From the NCBI GenBank assembly GCA_964432125.1, contig CAYSMO010000002.1:1-52982 (forward strand): a DNA stretch of 52,982 bases. Direction: 5' to 3'. This DNA comes from an uncultured Bacteroidaceae bacterium (GTDB lineage Bacteria; Bacteroidota; Bacteroidia; Bacteroidales; GCA-2748055). The position numbers were made by a program, and so were the translations under genes. Positions 47,351 through 52,982 of this stretch are shown here, in pieces. The notes beneath the pieces were generated by a model. That model was given only the letters and a program-made list of their open reading frames with translations, ran no database searches and was not told where the DNA came from. Positions within the stretch are counted from its first letter, which is position 1; each line of letters opens with the position of its first letter.

Positions 47351-48739
47351 TTATTTTTTAGTTCGTTTTTTCCTTCCGACGATATAAAAGACCGCAACCA
47401 GCAGCAGACCTGCCAGAATGACTATCAAAGTTGTGATTCCCAATGCGCCTGCACTTTCGGAACGCTTCTCTTCAATCGCAGCTTTTTTATTTGCCAGCTC
47501 CTGCTGCTCTTGTGCAATTTCTGACTTCAATTGTTCGATCGATTTGCTTCTCTCGGCGATCTCCTTTTCGAGATCAGACAGCAGGTCATTCTCCCCAGGC
47601 TCCGGCAAAGCAGAGCCGGAAAGATCTTGTCTTTCGTCCAGTATTGCAGTCTGCTCCTCCGAAAGTTTTGCCTCTTCTGTTTCCAGTGCCGATCTTTCGG
47701 CAAGGATCACCGCGAGGTCCTTGTCTTTTAGCAAAGATATCTCCTGATCAAGATTGTCCAGTTTCTTATCTGCCTCATTTTTTTGTTGGGCCAGCAGATT
47801 GCGCAGTGAGTCAAGTCTATTCGTTTCAGAGCTTATGTTCTCCTTCTCGTTTTGAAGGCGTTCCATCTCTTCACGTGTAAAACTTTTAATCGTTTGGTTT
47901 TCATCATACTCCTGGTCCATGATCGACCGAAGTTCCGACTCCAGGTTGTCAACATCCTTCATCCAGGAATTGATCGAGCTGATGGCACTTTCTGCATTCC
48001 TGATCTTGTTTTGCTCCTCCTTCAGGTAGCCGTCAATTTCACTGATTTTCAAATTAAAATTTTCAATCTCAGTATCATCTGCACCCTTTTTCAGCAAGCT
48101 GTTTTTCTCTCTTTGATACAGGTTTTTTTCATCCTCCAAAAGCTCTGTTTTTTTCTCTGCCAAGACGATTCTCTGCTCATTCAGAGCGAGCTCCTTCTCC
48201 TTAACCAGTCGCTGCCTTTCAATATCATCCAACCGCTGGTCTATTTTGGAAATACCGGTAACAAGCTTTTCCCTTGCCGATCCGAGCTGATCGGAAAGCT
48301 GCTCCTCCTTTAGCCCGAGCTTCGATTTCTGCTCATCCATCTTTTCGATATTTTGAGCAACATCATTCAGACTGTCAGCAAGCGATTCAATTTGCTTCTG
48401 AAGCCTCTTTTTTTCAGCTTCAAGCGCCTCTTCCTGCTCCTTTTTCATGGTCGTGGCCACATCATTTTGCACTTCAGTGACTTTTCGCATCTCAGATTCA
48501 ACCTCCTCCTTGGCTTTTTGGAGTTGGTTCTGTGACTTCAGCAGAGAGTCTCTTGTTGTTTGAAACTCATTCAGTATCTTTTCTATCGATTCCTGCTCCT
48601 GTTCAAGAACCTGTGCCTGTTTTTCAAGTAACTTTTGTGCCTCTTCACTGCCTTTGTCTGAAGTGCAGCTACTAAACATGATCAATGCTGATACCAATAG
48701 TGCACCAGTATAATTTATTGTTTTCCAATGTGCGTTCAT
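47351..48739 (-). CDS. Long coiled-coil protein with an N-terminal lipoprotein signal and a C-terminal TM anchor
   Basis: N-terminus is ..GALLVSALIMFSSC-TSDKGSEE (lipobox-like Cys). About 400 aa of uninterrupted E/K/Q/L-rich heptad sequence follow. The C-terminus is GITTLIVILAGLLLVAVFYIVGRKKRTKK (TM helix plus a positive tail). Confidence 0.65.
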   Translation of the reverse strand: MNAHWKTINYTGALLVSALIMFSSCTSDKGSEEAQKLLEKQAQVLEQEQESIEKILNEFQTTRDSLLKSQNQLQKAKEEVESEMRKVTEVQNDVATTMKKEQEEALEAEKKRLQKQIESLADSLNDVAQNIEKMDEQKSKLGLKEEQLSDQLGSAREKLVTGISKIDQRLDDIERQRLVKEKELALNEQRIVLAEKKTELLEDEKNLYQREKNSLLKKGADDTEIENFNLKISEIDGYLKEEQNKIRNAESAISSINSWMKDVDNLESELRSIMDQEYDENQTIKSFTREEMERLQNEKENISSETNRLDSLRNLLAQQKNEADKKLDNLDQEISLLKDKDLAVILAERSALETEEAKLSEEQTAILDERQDLSGSALPEPGENDLLSDLEKEIAERSKSIEQLKSEIAQEQQELANKKAAIEEKRSESAGALGITTLIVILAGLLLVAVFYIVGRKKRTKK

Positions 48740-48941
48740 TTTTGAAATGTATTTAAAGGTTAATATTAGACTTTATTGAACTATGTTATGGTATTGCGAA
48801 TACAACTATCTGTTTTAAACAGTCAGGACAAAGCTGACTCAGAACTTCCAGGGCGAATTTATCCCTGAATATCATATGTAGTTCTTGCAGTAGACTTTGC
48901 ATGGCGATGACAATGAAACGGTTTGTCACAACCATGATAAA

Positions 48942-49223
48942 TTAAGTCTCCGGAACCTCTTCAGATGTATCCGAGGCCTTTTCCTGGTTCCGACTCTGTT
49001 GGTCCTCCAGCTCTGAAATCCGACGTTTTCCTCTACCAATTTCGTAAAGTGCCAGTGCCAGTGTAATGAGCGCCCCGGTAGCAAACGTTAGAATAATTAA
49101 TAGCGAAAGTGAAGTATTCAACTCAATAAACCAGAGTTTAATATTCACCGTTTCAACATTCTGAATAGCAAAAATTACTACCAGAATTGTTATTAGAAGT
49201 ATTGCAATATACCGTTTCAACAT
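48942..49223 (-). CDS. LapA-family (DUF1049) small membrane protein
   Basis: MLKRYIAILLITILVVIFAIQNVETVNIKLWF...LSLLIILTFATGALITLAL, then a short charged tail. ATG 49223 is preferred; the track start at 49238 is GTG. Confidence 0.65.
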   Translation of the reverse strand: MLKRYIAILLITILVVIFAIQNVETVNIKLWFIELNTSLSLLIILTFATGALITLALALYEIGRGKRRISELEDQQSRNQEKASDTSEEVPET

Positions 49224-49450
49224 GTTACTAATATACACAAATAATTGAGAATTCCAAATTTATCTGCATATAGATAACAGTTATAGCACACTATATGTTT
49301 AAAACTGTACCGCATTTAAAGCATTCCGGTTTGCATTTTTCGAGGATCAGAATCAGCTGAATTTGGAAGTATCTCATATTCATATTTACTTTTTTATGAA
49401 GTATATTCTTTTGACTAATTACATCGTACCAATGAAGCTTCATGTTAATG

Positions 49451-49490
49451 TGTGATTAAAATAACACAACTGTGATGGTATGTGATGGTT
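49451..49490 (+). promoter_or_regulatory. Cluster of TGTGAT motifs (putative operator)
   Basis: TGTGATTAAAATAACACA (TGTG-N10-CACA inverted repeat, 49451-49468) is followed by the tandem 10-mers TGTGATGGTA TGTGATGGTT (49471-49490). It lies directly upstream of a -7 box and the GntR-type regulator gene. Confidence 0.3.
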
Positions 49491-49496
49491 TGTTAG

Positions 49497-49504
49497 TATT
49501 TTTG
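49497..49504 (+). promoter_or_regulatory. Candidate -7 promoter box (TATTTTTG)
   Basis: Exact TAnnTTTG match 25 nt upstream of ATG 49529. This supports the shorter start for the regulator. Confidence 0.3.
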
Positions 49505-49528
49505 TATGTACTTTTAATGCATTGTATT

Positions 49529-50560
49529 ATGAAAGGATCCGGGGAACACGTTCCGATCTACCAAAGGTTAACAGATTACTACAGCCGACGCATCTCATTA
49601 CAGGAGTACCGGCCGGGATCGAAAATTGATTCGATCAGCAGGATTATGGAGCGGCATACGGTGTCGCGTGAGACGGCTAAACTGGTATTGCGAAGGCTCA
49701 TTGAGAAGGGATTGGTGGTTTCGGTCCAGGGAAAGGGAACATTTGTTAATGAGATTACTGAAACAAGGAGTGCATGGGGTGTTGTAGTTCCGTTTTTCTC
49801 TTCCAACGTTGAGCAGCTGATTAGTGAGCTCACTGTTGAAGCAGAAAGGGCAAAGTGCAGGTTGCATTATTATTTGCATTACAACAACCATGAGGAGGAG
49901 ATCAGGATCACCGGAAACCTGATACAATCGGGATACGAGGCGATTATTGTAATACCAAATTATGACGAATCGCTGACTGCCGGTTATTACCGGCGGGTCA
50001 TCTCCGGGAAAAGCAAGCTGATCCTTGCTGATAACACGATGGCAGGTTCTTTTTTTAATTATGTAATACAGAGTTACGACCTGGGAGTGAAGCGGGCCTT
50101 TGATTATCTCTCACAAAAGGGCAAGGGGAATTTTCTCCTGCTGGGGAATGAGATATGGAGAGGTCAGAACCTGGTTTTTGATCTGATGGAAAGTACGTTA
50201 CTAATGTTGATTCAGCAAAATTGTCCGAATCGCAAGCTCTTTGTGAAAAATGGTCTCCGGGAGATCGATGTGGCATTTATGGACACGAATAGCATCACCG
50301 GAGTATTGGCAATTCAGGATGCAGACTCTGTAAGAATGCTCGGCAGGTTGAAGGAGTGGGGGATCGCGGTGCCGGCGCAGGTAGCATTGGTGTCGTACGG
50401 GAACACAGAGTTAACACAGTATTATAATCCGGGGATCACGGCGATCGACTGTAACTATGGAGCGATGGCACGAACAATCGCCGGTTTTATTACCGACGGG
50501 GAGAAAATAAACAACAGGCAGGTGGTGATATCACCTGAACTGGTAATACGCGAAACATAA
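49529..50560 (+). CDS. GntR-HTH / LacI-type ligand-binding hybrid transcriptional regulator (AraR-like architecture)
   Basis: N-terminal GntR wHTH: PIYQRLTDYY...GSKIDSISRIMERHTVSRETAKLVLRRLIEKGLVVSVQGKGTFV. It is followed by a ~270-aa periplasmic-binding-protein-like domain. I trimmed the start to ATG 49529. Confidence 0.8.
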   Translation: MKGSGEHVPIYQRLTDYYSRRISLQEYRPGSKIDSISRIMERHTVSRETAKLVLRRLIEKGLVVSVQGKGTFVNEITETRSAWGVVVPFFSSNVEQLISELTVEAERAKCRLHYYLHYNNHEEEIRITGNLIQSGYEAIIVIPNYDESLTAGYYRRVISGKSKLILADNTMAGSFFNYVIQSYDLGVKRAFDYLSQKGKGNFLLLGNEIWRGQNLVFDLMESTLLMLIQQNCPNRKLFVKNGLREIDVAFMDTNSITGVLAIQDADSVRMLGRLKEWGIAVPAQVALVSYGNTELTQYYNPGITAIDCNYGAMARTIAGFITDGEKINNRQVVISPELVIRET

Positions 50561-50573
50561 AACGACAACTGAC

Positions 50574-51239
50574 ATGGAGAATTTATTTCAGGAAATTGCA
50601 CATTGCATTGAATTCGGAAAGATCAACAAAACATCGCCCTATCCACCTGATATGAAGGACAAAGATGGAGCCGATGAACTCACAAGACAGGCGCTCGATG
50701 CCGGAGCCAAACCCAACGACATTTTGACCCACGCCTTGATGGTGGGTATGGAGAAGGTAGGGATCAAATTCCGTGAAAATAAAATTTTCGTTCCCCAGGT
50801 ACTGATGAGCGCCAAGGCGATGGGGTCGGCGATGGTTCACCTGAAACCCTTTTTTACCAGTGGTGAGGCCCAGCGGAAAGGGATTTTTATTGTCGGTACC
50901 GTACAGGGCGACCTGCACGACATTGGTAAAAACCTGGTCTCGATGATGGTGGAGGGGAATGGCTACGAAGTGATCGACCTCGGTACTGATGTCTCTTCAG
51001 AGAAATTCATCGAAGAGGCGAAAAAGCATCCCGGGTGTGTCGTGGGACTGTCGGCGCTGCTTACAACGACGATGTCGAATATGGAAAAAATTGTCTCCGA
51101 CCTGAAATCTGATCAGCCCGACATGAAGGTTTGTGTGGGGGGTGCGCCGGTGACAGATGATTTCTGCAGGAAGATCAATGCCGATTTTTACAGTCCGGAT
51201 CCACAGGGTTTGGTAGAGTATCTAAACAAGATCGCCTAA
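50574..51239 (+). CDS. Corrinoid (cobalamin)-binding methyl-carrier protein, MtaC/MtbC-like
   Basis: N-terminal helical cap domain plus a Rossmann B12-binding domain with the base-off/His-on signature GDLHDIGKNLV (DxHxxG), GLSALLTTT (SxL) and VGGAPV (GG). Confidence 0.88.
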   Translation: MENLFQEIAHCIEFGKINKTSPYPPDMKDKDGADELTRQALDAGAKPNDILTHALMVGMEKVGIKFRENKIFVPQVLMSAKAMGSAMVHLKPFFTSGEAQRKGIFIVGTVQGDLHDIGKNLVSMMVEGNGYEVIDLGTDVSSEKFIEEAKKHPGCVVGLSALLTTTMSNMEKIVSDLKSDQPDMKVCVGGAPVTDDFCRKINADFYSPDPQGLVEYLNKIA

Positions 51240-51511
51240 AAGCAGGTGGATTAACCTTTCTTTACAACCGGTCGGAACATTCGGAAATGATCTCCTTGGT
51301 GGGATTGTTAGCAGGTATATTCGGAGATAATATCGTGGTTTTTTCCTGATGGCACCCCCTGAAATCATCCCAGTGGGCTGCCGACAAACAACTTCGGTGA
51401 CGATCCTCGAATATTTCCATCCGGTATCTTTAGAGATGATCCCAGAGGGGACGACAGAATGAATTAAATGATGTGATCCCATTATAATGGGAGTATTAAA
51501 ATTATATTTTT

Positions 51512-52873
51512 ATGACAGGATTGGAACTGGTAAAAAGAGCAATGCAGCGGGAAGAGGTTGAACGAATCCCCTGGGTGCCTTTTGTGGGAGCGCATGCGGG
51601 AGCGTTGACCGGGTTAACAGCTACGGAATTTCTAAGATCTTCCGGTAATATAACTACTGGGGTCAGCAAAGCGATCAACCTGTATAGCCCCGATGGGATA
51701 CCGGTGGTATTTGATTTGCAGATCGAGGCTGAAGCGCTTGGATGTAAGCTCAATTGGGCAGATGATAATCCGCCTGCAGTGATCTCCCATCCCCTGCTGG
51801 ATGGGGTGGAAATCGAAGATCTAAAATTGCCCACTCCGTCGGATGGGCGCATCCCGATTGTGATGGAGGCGGCACGGGCGTTGCGGGAGAAGCACCCCGA
51901 TATTGCCCTGTACGGTCTGATTACGGGGCCTTTTACACTGGCGCTCCACCTGATGGGGACCGATGTTTTTATGCGGATGCTGGAGGACCCGGACCACATC
52001 CATAAGCTGATGCGTTTTACCACCGATGTGGCACTGTTTATGTCGAAGGAATATATCGATGCGGGTTGCGATGTCGTTGCAATGGTTGACCCGATGACGA
52101 GTCAGATCGATCCATTCTCTTTCGAAACGTTTGTTTCACCCTACGCGGTGGAGATTTTTGATTATATAAGGGAGGCAGGTGCGCTTAGTTCGTTTTTTGT
52201 CTGCGGGAACGCGCAGCAGAACATCGAGGTGATGTGTAAATGCAAGCCTGACAATGTGTCGATCGACGAGAATATTCCGCTCGATTATGTGCGGGATGTA
52301 GCCTTGGCCAATGAGGTTAGTTTTGGCGGGAACATTAAGCTTACCGTTGTGCTGCTGATGGGCGACCAGGAGGATTCACAGCGGGATGCGCTTGAGTGCA
52401 TGGATATTGGTGGTAAGCGGGGCTTTATCCTGGCACCGGGGTGTGACCTGGCGATGGCAACGCCACCTATTAATCTGGTAGCAGTTACAGAGCTGGTGCA
52501 TGATGAAGTTTTGCAGAGTGAGCTGCGTGCCTCTGAAGCCACGGCCACCAAAGTGGAGAAGCTCGATCTCTCTTCGCACTGGGAGGCTGACAAAGTGGTT
52601 GTGGATGTGGTAACGCTCGACTCCTCTTCCTGTGCTCCTTGTCAGTATATGGTCGATGCAGTAGCACGTGCCGCTGAAGGGTTCGGTGAGAAGGTGGTAT
52701 ACAAGGAGCATCGCATCAAGGAGAAGGAGGGCGTGCAGATGATGGTTTCGCTGGGGGTGATGAAGATCCCTACGATTGTGATCGATGGCCAGGTGGAGTT
52801 TAGTTCGCAGATCCCACCTATTCATGAGATTAAGAAGAAAATCGAAGCGTACCTGGTGAAGAAGGAGTTATGA
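51512..52873 (+). CDS. URO-D-family corrinoid methyltransferase (MtaA/CmuA-like) fused to a C-terminal thioredoxin-like CxxC domain
   Basis: Residues 1-~335 have the URO-D TIM-barrel pattern (ERIPWVPF..., ...FFVCGN..., ...FILAPGCDL) but lack the HemE PxWxMRQAGR signature. Residues ~361-453 (nt ~52592-52870) read VVVDVVTLDSSSCAPCQYM...MKIPTIVIDGQVEFSSQIPPIHEIKKKIE, a Thioredoxin_3-type small redox-protein layout. Confidence 0.85.
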   Translation: MTGLELVKRAMQREEVERIPWVPFVGAHAGALTGLTATEFLRSSGNITTGVSKAINLYSPDGIPVVFDLQIEAEALGCKLNWADDNPPAVISHPLLDGVEIEDLKLPTPSDGRIPIVMEAARALREKHPDIALYGLITGPFTLALHLMGTDVFMRMLEDPDHIHKLMRFTTDVALFMSKEYIDAGCDVVAMVDPMTSQIDPFSFETFVSPYAVEIFDYIREAGALSSFFVCGNAQQNIEVMCKCKPDNVSIDENIPLDYVRDVALANEVSFGGNIKLTVVLLMGDQEDSQRDALECMDIGGKRGFILAPGCDLAMATPPINLVAVTELVHDEVLQSELRASEATATKVEKLDLSSHWEADKVVVDVVTLDSSSCAPCQYMVDAVARAAEGFGEKVVYKEHRIKEKEGVQMMVSLGVMKIPTIVIDGQVEFSSQIPPIHEIKKKIEAYLVKKEL

Positions 52874-52982
52874 TCCCTTTTTATCTGGTCACCGGGTTTC
52901 TGGGAAGCGGAAAAACTACTTTGCTAAAGAATATCCTGCGGGAGTATGCTGACAGGAAGCGGATTGCGATTATTCAGAATGA
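52870..52982 (+). CDS. COG0523 (CobW/ZigA-like) G3E GTPase, N-terminal 37 codons; runs off the right edge
   Basis: Not in the ORF track. ATG 52870 overlaps the preceding TGA (ATGA). Translation is MIPFYLVTGFLGSGKTTLLKNILREYADRKRIAIIQNE, with the family-typical GFLGSGKTTLL P-loop. Confidence 0.8.
   Translation, partial: MIPFYLVTGFLGSGKTTLLKNILREYADRKRIAIIQN

Noticed and set aside
51240-51511. Cobalamin riboswitch in the spacer of the corrinoid cluster
   Set aside because: There are only loose resemblances: GGTGACGATCC versus the GGTG..AA.TCC element, and CCATCCGGTA versus the ..CGGTA element. I could find no GGGAA element and no B12 box (..GCCACTG / AGACCTGCC-like), so I cannot support the call without an Infernal search.
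51502-52023. 173-aa antisense ORF (and 52285..52593, 52376..52825) inside the methyltransferase gene
   Set aside because: These are shadow ORFs opposite a gene with clear family motifs, and they are Ser/Arg/Pro-rich.

Overview
This 52,982-bp segment reads like a Bacteroidota (Bacteroidia-type) chromosome. It is densely packed with housekeeping and envelope genes: ppk1, meaB, lpdA, uvrA, smpB, miaA, bcp-recA, clpS-nfeD-floA, asnA, an RND efflux operon, an ECF sigma factor with its partner, two SPOR proteins, a serpin, a DUF1573 protein and a 1.1-kaa PD40/Omp85-like outer-membrane protein. TAnnTTTG-type promoter boxes occur and there is little Shine-Dalgarno signal. I saw no rRNA, tRNA, CRISPR array, transposase, integrase or phage gene. 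Three things stand out. (1) A modular, strongly self-complementary intergenic repeat family fills at least seven intergenic gaps between 10.6 and 30 kb. It combines hairpin modules bounded by AGTGGCT...AGCCACT with GAGCTC-core modules. Two 128-bp copies differ at only 4 positions and lie inverted around a 4.3-kb block, and two ~105-bp direct copies bracket an orphan PAS histidine kinase. (2) At the right edge lies a corrinoid-dependent methyl-transfer system with no assignable substrate: a GntR/LacI-hybrid regulator, a corrinoid protein, a URO-D-family methyltransferase fused to a CxxC thioredoxin-like domain, and a COG0523 GTPase. (3) Four consecutive small envelope genes: two LapA-like membrane proteins flank a soluble coiled-coil protein and a 462-aa coiled coil that has both a lipoprotein signal and a C-terminal TM anchor. 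All functional calls are by-eye motif recognition on the supplied translations and the DNA. No database search or computation was possible.
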